Source: Hydrolagus affinis
Taxonomy: Eukaryota
Length of the DNA: 64,000 nt
NCBI GenBank assembly: GCA_012026655.1
Contig: JAAILG010000471.1
Location: 1 to 64,000 of the forward strand
Direction: 5' to 3'
The notes beneath the pieces are model-generated. The model had not been told where the DNA came from and ran no database searches. It saw only the letters and a list, made by a program, of their open reading frames with translations. The translations under genes and the position numbers were made by a program. Positions 12,401-23,245 of the stretch are shown piece after piece; position 1 is the stretch's first letter, and every line of letters begins with the position of its first letter.

Positions 12401-15400
12401 GAGGAACCAACATGTACATTGGTGTCTGACAAGAAAAGTGATTCCCAAGCCTGAACCTGCTTTTGCCTTTCCCTATGAAGGTAAGCACATTTAGACTTAC
12501 CACAATGAAAAATAAAGAAATTGAGTCCTGACAATAATAATTTGGACAGAATGGTAAATAAATATTTTCCCTTCGATTCAAATAATGGATTCAAAATTAT
12601 TTGCTAAAGATAGCTAAAACTCAAATTGTCCCAGCAGAATTTTTATTTGCCCCCAAAATAGATAGTCAATCCACTTTATAGTGTATCCTTGTGAAGGTCT
12701 TCGCGGCCACATCACTCCCACCCTTGCCCATCTCCACTGGCTCCCCATCACCCAGAGAATCGAATTCAAGATCCTTGTCCTCACTTTCAAGGCCATTCAC
12801 GGCCTTGCCCCTGCCTATCTCTCCGACCTACTGTCTCCCTATCAGCCTGCCGTTCAGCAGACTCAGGCCTGCTCCGCGTCCATCGCCCTAACCGCCCAAC
12901 CATCAGCGGCCGAGCTTTCAGTCTCTCTGCTCCCACACTGTAGAACTCCATCCCACAGCCCCTCTGCCTTGCTTCCTTCCTTTCCTTCTCAAGACCTTTC
13001 TCTTTGACCGTGCTTTCGGCTGCCCCACTGACTCTTCCCCCTCTCCCACTCTCCTTTCCCTTCCCCTTCCCCTCTCCCCCACCACCCGCTAGGGTCCCGA
13101 CCAGACTGTTCAGTGCTTTGGGACATCCTCCCGACGTGAAAGGCGCTATATAAGCGCAATTTTGTTGTTGTTTGAGACATCACAACAATGTGATAAGGTG
13201 CTCAGCATGTTCCGGCCAGCTCCATGTCCCCCGCCCCAGACCGCATCGCCCCACCATCGGCAGTCAGACCTTCGGCATCTCCACCCGCACCATTTGGAAC
13301 TCCATTCCACAGTTCCTTCGTCTTACTCCCTCCCTTACCTCCTTCAAAGCAAGTCTCAAGACCCTCCTCATTTGTTCACCCTTCTACCCCTACTCTGATA
13401 GTCCTCCGTCCCACTGATCCCAACCCCACTACTTGTGTCCAAATCCATGACTGTCCAGTGCCTTGGGATGGACTCCCGATGTGTAGGGCCCTAGATACAT
13501 GTAATTTGTTGTTGTTTAGGCTATTCCTTTAGGTTGAAAGAATCACAGATTGGAAAGAAAGGAATAAACGGCTCAGATTGAAAGAAGAGAACAACTACAG
13601 AGCAGTCACTGGGCACTTGGTTTGGATGGTACATGCTCAACTCCTTCCACATTCCCATATGGGTTCAGCATTCCACTGATTGCTTGCTCAGACTGGTAAA
13701 TATGCAAGGGTTACGCTACAACATGAAACTTTTTCATTGAAAATACCAACATCACCTAGGATGACTCAGTCATTTCCAAATGCAGCAAACATTCTCGTTG
13801 CATTCTTCAGCTAAGAAAATTGTCTTAATTCCTATTTTATTTTTTCCCCTGTGAACTTACTCTAAGAAACTTTTCAGCTTTCGCAGGTCCTCGTGAAGCA
13901 GTTTGTTCTCTTCTTTCAGTCTGTTTATTTCGCAATCTGCAAAGGGAAGAAATGCAAAGGAAACCGGGTGAGATCAAGCAGCCTTGTGATTGTTCCCGAA
14001 AGATGGAGAAATTGTGACGATCGCGAAGGTTTCTAAAGTTCTTACTGAGAAGCGAAATGTGTCGAAAACTTTGAATTTGGGCGGTTTCGAACTCCTGCTG
14101 CTTTTTTCGAGCAAGTTCCTGTGTGACTGTACATCTGTCGCATAATCCTGCTCGCAATCTGTTGGAAACATTTAGTCAGCAAGGTTTCCATAGAATTATG
14201 AATCAAGATAATTGCAGCATAATAATAACATAGCGGAGTGGTTAGCGCGCTCGCCTGGCAAGTGAGAGGACCTGGGCTCGATTCCAGGCCAGGCGAAAAT
14301 GTTGCCAAATTTTGCCACATGCCTCTGTTTACCTGACAGTAAGTAGGAACCCGCTGATTGGCTTCTGGGTAGTAATCAATCCCTCCAAAAAAAAATGGTC
14401 ATTCAATCTACAACTGTTTGTGGGACACTGTTGTGGGCAATTCATCTACAAACTACACAGTTAATCCACTTTACAGTATATTATGTGAAGCACTTTGAGG
14501 TGTCTCAATGAGGTGGTAAGTCAAATGCAAGCATTATTATTATTATAACCTCACTTTACTTTATTTTCCTCCCCCCCCCCCCCATAAGATATATCAACTA
14601 CAGTGATATCTCGTGATATCTGACTATTCAGCGTTTTAGGATGTCCTACCGACGTGAAAGGCGCTTTACAAGTGCCATTTTGTTGTTGTTGTAGTTGATC
14701 CTTTTTAAACATTTTAAGGATGGTTGCCAGAACCTCCAATTGTTCAACATACAAATTCAGTGATCTCTATTAAATTCTGAGCATTGGTTATGGATCGTAC
14801 AGTAATCAGATACTGGAAAAAAATAAGTAAAATCTCTTTGCTCCCACCTGTTTTCTAAAATCTTCACATTTTCATTAAGGATCTTCTGCTGTTCTCTCAT
14901 CTGATGGTTCTTGGCAAACAGTTCTTCCAAACGTTGTGAGTCACTGGAAGACAAAACTCTTCTTATACCATGGATAAAAGCAAAGATTTTGTCGTTTGCT
15001 ACTGACCTTACACGCGGGTGAAAGTAAGTGTATGTTTGTGAAGCGCTTTGAGATGTCTCAAAGACATGATAAGGCAAGGATTTTTTTTCAGTGAGCGATA
15101 GTTTGGAAAATTCTTGACTGCAGCCTTAATTTAAAAAATTGTAATTTTGTGTGAGTTGCTTTATTGCCTGATATTAACTAAGTAACAATGTTATCAGAAA
15201 TGTCCCAATTTTCCACCTAGGTTCACCAAAACATACAATTAACAAACATTTGCAAATAGTTACAACCATTCCCCTTCAATTCATTGGATTGGTTTTGTTT
15301 GCTTTCGACTTGTGTCATGAAATCAGAAACGTTTTACAAATACAGGATCATATTTCACTATCCTTTCAAATCCTGACAGCTCAAGAATCTAGCATGGTTT

Positions 15401-16962
15401 ATCAATTCTGAATTTCTGCCAATGGTTCAAAACACAATGCAGCCAGAGAGCCTTCAGCAAGTTCCCAGTATAAAACCAGTCAAATTAGTTCGAGATTATA
15501 ATATGAATATGTTTCGTAACTGATGGGAGAGAGAGAGCATCACATCTTTTTAAAACTTTTAATAAATAATAACAACAACTGACATTTGTACAGCACCTCT
15601 TAGGTCAGGAGGATGTTTCAAGGTGCTAGAAATCAGATGCATCACAGAATCATACAATTATACAGCACAGTAGGCCGCCATCCAGCCCATTATGTCTGCG
15701 TCTGCTCTTTGAAAAGAGCTGTCCAGATCAATCTCATTCCTCCGCTCTCTCCCCATTGCGCTGTAAAGCTGCCCTTCCCAAATAACAAGCGACTTCTCTC
15801 CTAAAATCATATCATTTGCATAATCATAAACTAATACGCAGATGATTCATTCTGAAGACAACATGAGGCGTTTTACTCACAGACATCTTTCCATGTTTAG
15901 TTCAGTTAACTTTGCATACAGCCCTAATGAAAGAAGGCAAGGAAAAAAAAATCCCAGTTAAAAACAAAGTAATCACCTCACTCACTGATATCACATTGGT
16001 TTAGCTGGGAGAATATGTGTTAGATTAGGACATATATTCTTCCACAAAAATAATAAGCACTTGTTAATAACAACAACAAAATTACATTTGTATCGTGCCC
16101 TTCACGTTGGGAGGATGTCCCAATGCACTGGACGGTAAGATAGAGTTTGGTGTCATCCATATGGTAGTTGACCCCATGTCTGCAGATGAAGTCACTAAGG
16201 TAAGAGCATATAGATGTTGAGAAGGAGAGGGCCAAGAACAGAGCCCTAGGGGACGCTGTCCCCTGGGGGACATACTACTACAACAATGTGTTGTTGTTGT
16301 TGTTGTAGTATATAGAGCCTTTCCCATCGGGAAGATGCTCAAAGTGTTTCACCAGATTTTACTATGGAGTGACTACATTTGTAAGTAAACCCGTCAGCCC
16401 TTTATACACCAGGCCTAAAAGGGTTAAGTTATGAAGAAAGGCTGCGTAAACTTGGATTTCTCCTGAGTTTAGAAGATTGAGGGGGTGATTTGATGGAGGT
16501 TTTTAGGATGATAATAGGATTTGATAGGGTACATACAGAGAAGCTATTTCCTCTGGTGAGGTTGATAATTTTTTGATAGGTCAGGGTATTAAGGGATACG
16601 GGAAGAAAGTGGGAAATTTAAATTGAAAGGATTAATAGAGATGCAAATCAGCCATAATCTAATTACAACAACAACAACATTGATTTATGTAGCGCCCTCC
16701 AAGCCAGATGGCATCTCAGAGCGCTTCCATGCTTTACATGGTGGAACAGGATTGATGGGCTGAATGGCCTACCTATTCCAGTTCCTATGTTTCGATGTAC
16801 ACATCAATGTCTTATAAACAGCCATGATTTGATGTATAATTGTGATATACAACGAATGGCACGAAGAAATATCGAATCCATTTGTTAATTAATTACTGTA
16901 CCTTGCACTTCCCGGTCATGTATCTCCTTGAGTTTTGTCCAGAGCTCTGTGAAGCCATCCAT
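3287..16962 (-). CDS. RBBP8NL: RBBP8 N-terminal-like protein (CtIP paralogue), span of 13 coding exons, 484 aa
   Basis: Spliced translation begins [91 protein letters not shown]. Also contains QRISNHLHGTVAL and PLDLS; no CtIP C-terminal domain. Exon lengths 61+43+96+113+76+167+65+119+298+109+62+115+131=1455, all GT-AG with matching phases. Confidence 0.92.
4330..4613 (+). mobile_element. Young tRNA-headed SINE (short form)
   Basis: B-box GTTCGA, ttgggcaagtttcc body and shared tail ending gcaaggattatta. Confidence 0.85.
5070..5505 (-). mobile_element. Deu-domain SINE, near full length
   Basis: Reverse complement shows tRNA-like head, Deu core and L2-like tail. Confidence 0.75.
5856..6188 (+). 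mobile_element. Young tRNA-headed SINE, full length
   Basis: gtggagctcctgtggctcagtggttaga (A box), gttcgaatcc (B box), tail gcgctatatcaaatgcaaggattatt; highly similar by eye to copies at 25488, 28147 and 54567. Confidence 0.9.
7612..7726 (-). CDS. RBBP8NL: RBBP8NL coding exon 12 (DVPENQEIK...HKKKKKKRMQDYWTS), NLS-like
   Basis: attttcag| ... G|gtcaga, 115 nt; basic cluster followed by DxW, as recalled for RBBP8NL C-termini. Confidence 0.82.
7768..8170 (-). mobile_element. Deu-domain SINE
   Basis: ggtttaacgtctcatccaaaagacagcac core and tRNA-like head (gggtttgaaccc) in reverse. Confidence 0.75.
9132..9193 (-). CDS. RBBP8NL: RBBP8NL coding exon 11 (VEVHLQILKLPSDAYEPTPCK)
   Basis: ttttctttgaaatcag| ... 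AAG|gtcagt, 62 nt, phase 1 to 0. Confidence 0.75.
9359..9467 (-). CDS. RBBP8NL: RBBP8NL coding exon 10 (AQYDSNTAS...VGNRR)
   Basis: atctgtttgcag| ... G|gtaagg, 109 nt, phase 0 to 1. Confidence 0.82.
9764..10061 (-). CDS. RBBP8NL: RBBP8NL coding exon 9 with PLDLS CtBP-binding motif
   Basis: tttttcaccctgcag| ... TCG|gtgagt, 298 nt open; MERPLDLSD, then basic KSKPKKPRLK. Confidence 0.88.
10689..10807 (-). CDS. RBBP8NL: RBBP8NL coding exon 8 (HQRISNHLHGTVALITANNG...ELHP-K)
   Basis: tctttgattccag| ... |gtatgt, 119 nt; QRISNxLHGT motif of RBBP8NL (recalled). Confidence 0.9.
11065..11432 (+). mobile_element. Old CR1 LINE 3' end
   Basis: ttaagaaggctaagaggggatcttattga ... ggcagaatgttgtcctcctttgctattattctatg. 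Confidence 0.6.
11732..11796 (-). CDS. RBBP8NL: RBBP8NL coding exon 7 (GSPNPSIRSSGCHFTDSPVFDV)
   Basis: ttctgtttctatcttaag| ... |gtaagc, 65 nt; supplies the phase 1 to 0 change needed to reach exon 8. Confidence 0.8.
11875..12182 (+). mobile_element. Deu-domain SINE with internal deletion
   Basis: tgttcaggtggacaataaagaacccatgg ... cctggccaaca ... (TTA)n. Confidence 0.65.
12306..12472 (-). CDS. RBBP8NL: RBBP8NL coding exon 6 (EERQKQVQAW...ELRHFTE-G)
   Basis: cttaccttcatag| ... |gtaatt, 167 nt, open in the required phase 2 to 1. Confidence 0.82.
12702..13171 (+). mobile_element. L2 LINE 3' fragment with ORF2 C-terminal remnant
   Basis: HITPTLAHLHWLPITQRIEFKILVLTFKAIHGLAPAYLSDLL is the typical L2 ORF2 C-terminus; 3' stem and (TTG)n tail. 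Confidence 0.92.
13203..13516 (+). mobile_element. Second L2 3' fragment
   Basis: TIGSQTF...IWNSIP...SLTSFKASLKT ORF2 end and (TTG)n tail. Confidence 0.8.
13861..13936 (-). CDS. RBBP8NL: RBBP8NL coding exon 5 (NCEINRLKEENKLLHEDLRKLKSFL)
   Basis: tcttccctttgcag| ... |gtaagt, 76 nt; LKEEN coiled-coil motif. Confidence 0.93.
14046..14158 (-). CDS. RBBP8NL: RBBP8NL coding exon 4 ([37 protein letters not shown])
   Basis: ttccaacag| ... |gtaag, 113 nt; conserved [10 protein letters not shown] motif; TQELARK is RBBP8NL-type. Confidence 0.96.
14231..14547 (+). mobile_element. tRNA-headed SINE, long (older) form
   Basis: Same head and tail as the young SINE, plus internal gcctctgtttacctgacagtaagtaggaaccc. 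Confidence 0.8.
14848..14943 (-). CDS. RBBP8NL: RBBP8NL coding exon 3 ([32 protein letters not shown])
   Basis: ttgtcttccag| ... |gtggga, 96 nt; CtIP-family coiled coil. Confidence 0.95.
15881..15923 (-). CDS. RBBP8NL: RBBP8NL coding exon 2 ([15 protein letters not shown])
   Basis: ttctttcattag| ... |gtgagt, 43 nt, phase 1 to 2; resembles GLQNKLLELNSERCR of mammalian RBBP8NL (recalled). Confidence 0.93.
16066..16270 (-). mobile_element. Internally deleted L2 (RT core remnant joined to the 3' tail)
   Basis: GSVLGPLLLNIYM...CRHGVNYHMDDTKLYL (frameshifted) directly followed by the L2 terminal stem and (TTG)n. Confidence 0.8.
16413..16792 (+). mobile_element. CR1 LINE 3' end with a nested antisense L2 tail (~16665-16730)
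   Basis: gggttaagttatgaagaaaggctg ... tttagaagattgagggggtgatttgat ... gggctgaatggcctacc ... gttcctatgtt. Confidence 0.85.
16902..16962 (-). CDS. RBBP8NL: RBBP8NL coding exon 1 ([21 protein letters not shown]); 5'UTR part probably extends to 17012
   Basis: GCAGCC-ATG-G Kozak context; donor G|gtacag; upstream acceptor ttattgcag| before 17012; matches the CtIP-family N-terminal helix. Confidence 0.93.
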
Positions 16963-17289
16963 GGCTGCTCAGTGTTGTCCTCAAGCAACCAGGCTGACTT
17001 TTGACTCCAGATCTGCAATAATGTAAATGGATTGCATTTCTATATGGCAGAAATAGTTCAGTTAACTTTGTGAAAGGAGATAAAGAAACAAATCCCTGTC
17101 AAAGACAAAGTAATCACCTCACTCACTGATATCACATTGTTTTCGCTGGGAGAATATGTGTTAGATTAGGACATATATTCAGCCACAATGTGGCCGTAAT
17201 ACACGTAGTATCATGTTTGCATTTGGAAGATGCAGACAGGTTCCTATTCTTCTGCTCATGTTTTCTGAAATCAGAGCTCATTTCTTCAC

Positions 17290-17422
17290 ACAGAGGGTGT
17301 GAGCGCAATTGATTGGCATGTTTAATAGGGAAATAGATAAGATACTTGGACATTGAAGCTGGTTACTGGAAAAACTGGTAGAGCAGGCCTGATAGGCTGA
17401 ATGGCCTTCTCTTCTTCCTGTG
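17290..17422 (+). mobile_element. CR1 3' fragment
   Basis: ttcacacagagggtgtg ... ggctgaatggccttctcttcttcctgtg. Confidence 0.65.
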
Positions 17423-17639
17423 TATCACCAACAAAATATGCAGTATATTCTGTGAAGCTCTTTTAGAAACATATCAATTACTTGATAAAGCACTATATCA
17501 AATGCAAGGATTATTATTATTAAGTTCCCATTTCCTTCTCTTTGTTGCATAACATCAGAGATCTAATCTATGATACCCTAAATTTTATTCCATATCTACC
17601 TTCCATGTCTAATCCATAAAATCCAACTCATACAAAACT

Positions 17640-18129
17640 CTGCCACCTGCATTCTCACCCGCAAACTTCGCTCCCCCATTACCCCAGTCCTTGCCAGATT
17701 TCACTGGCTCCCAGTCCCGGAGAGGATCGATTTCAAGATCCTCACCCTTGTTTTCAATCTCTCCACTCCTCTGCACCCCCCTACCTCTCCGACCTCCTCT
17801 CTCCTCAAACCAGCTCCTGTTGCCTTCACTCCACCAGGTCTGGCCTCCTCCTTGACCCCCGAATCCTACGCTTCACCCTCGGTGGCGGGCCTTCAGCCAC
17901 TATGCTCAGAGGCTCTGGAACTCCCTTCCTCTCTCACTTCGCCTCTCCCCATCACTTCCCAGGTCTCAATTTCAGGTCTCAGCTAAAGACCTTTCTTTTC
18001 GACTGCACCTTTGGTCTCCTTTCTCCCCCTGCCCCTGGCTCTCCCCCGAGATCCATTATTGTGAAGCGCTCTGAGACGCCATCCAGCATGGAGGGCGCTA
18101 TATAAATCAAAGTTGTTAAGTTGTTGTTG
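17640..18129 (+). mobile_element. L2 3' fragment (second tail type)
   Basis: PITPVLARFHWLPVPERIDFKILTLVF remnant; tail gcgctctgagacgccatccagcatggagggcgctatataaatcaaagttgtt. Confidence 0.88.
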
Positions 18130-20245
18130 CCAGCCAGGAAGCACATGTTAGCACTACAGGGAAGGATTGACAAGCTTTTTAACAAGAAATGACTTTGTCA
18201 AATCTTGTGGAACTCATGCTTTTGCTGGTTTGGGATGTCACAAACTGAAATAACTTGTGCCTAGTTTGCAGCCTGCAACACAAGTTGTAATATTCTTCTC
18301 TTTAGTATTTTATGGTATACCATAACTGCAAGATTAACCATTTGACAAATTGAATTGCTTAACATGAAATGTACCTTTGTTACATTATTCATATTTTTAG
18401 AGAGAGTTTTGTTAAGGAGTTCCAGTCTTTTGTAACACTACAGTTATGAGGGACCATTATGCATTTAGAAGTCAATGTTCAAAACACTAAAACTAGTTAC
18501 TCAAAAACTATTTGATATGAAAAAAAACTAGACAAGAGCATCCAAACTTTCCAGAATTATGTGCATTAGTCAACATCAACACAATATTCCTCCACAGTAT
18601 GTTCTGGGCACAGAAAGTGCCCAATTCTCAAATTTCCACCCAACTCTCTGCTCAGTAACTCCTACCGTTTGTCCAGTCTGGCCGTGAACATTCATCACTT
18701 TACCTGAAGGTTGTCTATAACGATATTAAGCCACACACAGTGGAACTGAATCTCCATTCAGTTAACGTGAGAGATGCGGGAGCTGGTAGTTCCAACAGGA
18801 TGTGTGGAGTAAACACTAAAAGAACTTTGCTGTGAAGTCAGTGAACTTTGTCTCGAGTTAATGATCTTTTATGGGTGCAGTGATGTGTCAGAATTTTTTT
18901 CTCCAGGATCACAATACTTGCACAGTGTATCTTTAAGTAGCATTGACACATTTCAATTTAAAATGAAATGTTGCATCTGAAGGTTGACCTATTCTGGGGA
19001 ATTTTAAAGATGATGGAAGCAATATAAATCAACTGAAATGTTACAGCATCACTGAACAGTTACACTATAAAGTAGCTTGCATCTTGTATCTGTGTAGCTT
19101 GTAGCTTTTAAACTGTTCAAAAAGCTGCATTCCTGTAAAAACTATACACTTACCTCATAATAAATAATACTTGCATTTGATATAACGCTTTATCATATCA
19201 TTGAGACGTCTCAAAGTGCCTCACAATATATATTGTAGAATGGATTGACTATGTATTGGATAAAATAAATAACTCCACAATAATGTTAGAAAAAAATACT
19301 ATAAAAACATGTTTGATTTCCCTAAACAGATGGATAATATTTGAATGCCGAAAGTTTCCTAGTGCATTGTTGCATTTTTGTCCCTTTAAAAAACTATTTG
19401 AATGGTCCGTACTTCATATTGTGTATGGGAATTACCCATTCCTAAAACTATGTGTATTATTGCACTGTGTAAGTTTCTTCCCAGCAAATGACCTTGTACT
19501 CTGTTCATAACCTGTTATAAAACAATCCCTCCTGCTGCCACCCAACACTGACAAACATTTCCCTCTTCACTAAGTCTGCTCAAACTGATAGATTAAGATG
19601 AAAGGTACTCCACAGAGCAACAAACGGAGCCTTAAGTGCCTGTGAATGCAACAATACAATTTAATTCTCACCACATTAAACCCTGCCTTTCATATCTCTG
19701 GGGAATAGATCCAAATGAATGTAAAATAGTGAAAACTTCTGCACAAAGAGAGTTGCCCATACATCTGTCTCCTTCTACTATCAATGCAATATAAGCGACA
19801 TAATTCTTAGAAGTGCAAGAGTTGTAAAATGGTAGCAGAAAGTTTATTGCATCTTTGTAACCTTATCCTTGATAAGTCTGTTTACTTAAGTGCGTTTTTT
19901 GGTGTGGCTTTGAGATCTTTGGGGGCAAAGAGCTTCTGAATAATTTTAAGGATCAAAGTCAAATGAGTCAGCCATTACGACTGAGCACATCAGAGTAGGG
20001 CAATACATGTTTAAAATTAATTGTTTTGCCCACAAATGTACAGTCAATTCACTTTAGAGTGTATTCTGTGAAGTGCTTTGAGACATATAGAAGGTGTAGA
20101 AGTGCTATGATCAAACGCAAGGATTTATTACTATTATATTAATGCAGAACCAGTGCCTGCAGATTGCAAACCAGAATATTACAGTCTTTATAAAGATTGC
20201 TTGATAATAAATCGACTTTGAATCATTGACAACATTGGTTAAGTA

Positions 20246-20670
20246 GTGTGTCAGCCTGGCATAGTGGTCGCACTTGCACCCCTGAATCAGAAGGTTGTGG
20301 GTTCAGGCCCCACATCAAGAAATGGAATTGTATAGTTTAAGATGACACTCCAGTGCAGGGCTGGGGGGGTGGCTGCACCAGCAGAGATGCCATCCTTTGG
20401 ATGAAAACGTTAAACCAAGGTCCTGTTAAAGATCCCATGACACTATTTGAAATGAGAAGGGAGTTTCTCCTGGGGCCAACAATCCTCCAAATAAAATGTG
20501 TCACTCACTCTATGGCTGTTTGTGAGACATTACTGAGTGCAACTGGCTGCCGCATTTCACCCACAAAATATACAGTCACTACAGTTTATAGTAATATCCT
20601 TGGAAGTGCTTGGAGACAGCTTGATGACATGATAAAGTGCTGTATTAAGGTTTCATAGATAATAATAATT
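20246..20670 (+). mobile_element. Deu-domain SINE (SacSINE1-like), near full length
   Basis: tRNA-like head, gacactccagtgcag, gatgccatcctttggatgaaaacgttaaaccaagg, aaagatcccatgacactatttgaa, L2-like tail. Confidence 0.8.
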
Positions 20671-22689
20671 GTTATTGATAATAATAAATTGTGCCACCAT
20701 CTTTGTTTCCTACCGTAATTCTCACTTTTTAATTCTGTCATCTTTACTTTTCTCTCTGGCTCTCTATATTGTATATTTTTCCCTTTCTCTCTTCTGTTTT
20801 CTCTCTGTCTCATTTTCTCCCACTTTCTTTTCTTTATTTCTTCCTCTCTCTCCCACTCTCTCTCTCTCTCTCTACCACTGCTTCTACGCCACAACTGGAT
20901 CACCGCTTCCATCACTAAAGATGAACAGCTGAAAGGCAGGGTTCAAATGCACGTTCTTTGATAAGTTTCGCTCTACTTTGAAGATGAAATGATATCCTGT
21001 TTTCAAAATACCTCGACAACTAGAACTTGAAAGAAACTGAAAGGGTGTTTTCATGGAATTGGATTGCAAGATTTAACATGCCTGTGGCAACTGTTTTTAA
21101 ACAAAAATGTCTCCAAACCATTGTCTGAATCGATTTACATCTCTAGAAAAGATTTTATTTCTAGCAATGTCTTTTGATTTTGCTGCATAAAACTGTCTGG
21201 CAAACAGAAGAAAATCTTTAGGGAACACTTACTTCAGGAAACCTAACATAATGTCAGTGGTATCATTTTTATCTGAGTTGTATCATACCACATGAAAAAT
21301 GTATGTCCAATAATTTTTTGGATGGATGTTCAACTATTTTAGCATTTGCCTCACACGCACATACACACACAAAAAAAGTCAATGTACTTTTCTTTTGGGA
21401 CTTTCCCTGGTTGCCATGCAGCCACAAATGGAACATAAAGAAATTGTGGTTGTTAATTTTTGGAGACACTTAATAAAAACACTGCAAAAAACAAGACACA
21501 CACACACACACACACTGAGAAGGAGCAGCGTTTCAAAGAACAATCACAACATCTTTAGAAGCGTCGACAGTGTAGCAATGCCAACTAATTACAGTACTTA
21601 CACTTGGAACTAAACTCCAGCTCAATGTGTACTCTCCTCAAGCTCCTAGCATCACCCTAAACACAGCAAATGAAGGTTGTCTGCAGACGGTAGGATGGAA
21701 CACCAATGTCCTCAGCTCACACAATGAGAACTGCACTTGCAAATCCAGTTTCCGTGTCTTTCACTGGCTCTGGCAGCTGAATTAGAACAAAAAATAGTTA
21801 CGATTAACTTGTCAAACAGGTTTCGATATAAAATTATAACAGGTAAAACTAGTCCACCTTCAACCCACAAAAGTAAAGCTTTCTTTTGCATATATGCGGC
21901 TGAACTTACTTTACTTAGTCTATGTTTTGGTTTAAAAGCACAATGAATTATTTATTCCAGAGACCCCCCCCACCACCCCAAGCCCCCATGTCACTCTCTG
22001 CAGCCCACTCCAACCTAAAAATAAAGCGCTTTTTCCAGTACAATTTCTTTTGAAAGTACATGTGTTCTGTTCATACAGATTGAACTGAGCTGCCAGCGAT
22101 TCCCTGGCTCAGTTTGTTACACTCACCTTAGGGATGCTACGCATCCGGAAGAAACCCGGTTTATTCCTTACATTCAAATATGGCTTTGAGCTAATTATCC
22201 TTATGTTTGCTTGGATTTTTTCCCCCCACTGGAGTCATTTTTGTTCCAAATTGCATTCACCATAAAAACTGTTCTGGCCAGATGGGTAGCTCGCTGATGG
22301 GATCATTTAGTTGGCCACCCAATATTTTGCATGTTGGAACAGGAGCAAACTTTAAGTGCTAAGGATTTTAAAAGGCTCGAAGAAAAATATGCATCATTTT
22401 TTCTTACTTAGGACAATACCTCTTACAAGAAGGTTTTTCTTCAATCAAATCACTTTAGTGTCATGAGCAAAGCTTCAATAGGTTTATGAAAAGATGAACA
22501 ATAGGCTTATCTCCGCTGACATGCATCTGTTGTGTTGTTTACTAAAATAATAATAATAATGCTTGCATTTGACATAGCGTCTTATCATGCCTTTGAGATG
22601 TCTCACAGAATATACTGTAAATGAACTGCATATAACTATCTTTTGATAAGATACAGCACTTGCAATATTGAGAATATATTGACTGCATT

Positions 22690-23245
22690 TGTGGCAGCAG
22701 ATATGGTCACAACAATGTCCCATAAAAACCATAAAGCAAATGACTAATTTTGTCTGGCGGTTTGTTGATCAGCACAATGGAAGAAGCAATCTTTTAACGA
22801 ATAGCGCCATGGGGACCTCTAACATCCACTCGAACAGGCAGATGGGACCTCAGTTTGCCATCTCGTGTGAAGGATGGCACTTTTCCAACGATATGGCGCA
22901 CCCACAGCACTGCACTGGAGGAGAGGAATTGCTGGCAGGAGTTAAAGGAAATGATGGGAAACGTGACATGTTTAAGTGATTATCCGTTTGGCTGATATTC
23001 GGTGCATCGGGGCTGCAAGTTAGAAATTTGCTTATAGTAGCCCCACAGATCTCTAACCTTCACCTCAAAAGGCAGGCGGGACACAGCAAGTCAATGCCAC
23101 ATCCGAAGGATGTACCTCAAACAATGCAACGCGCCTCCAGCACTGCACTGGAGCGTCAGTTCAGATGTTGTGATTCCAAGTATCCGCCTGACGTGGGGCT
23201 TGAACCCACGACATTGTACCTACCACTGAGCCAGGCTGACACACT
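22690..23245 (-). mobile_element. Deu-domain SINE fragments (two adjacent or interrupted pieces)
   Basis: Core at ~22790-22920; head at ~23100-23245 (ggggcttgaacccac, ccactgagccaggctgacac). Confidence 0.65.

Noticed and set aside
3287-16962. Calling the gene RBBP8 (CtIP) itself
   Set aside because: It starts at MDGF with no N-terminal extension, has TQELARK and QRISNxLHGT, is short, and lacks the C-terminal CxxC/RHR domain.
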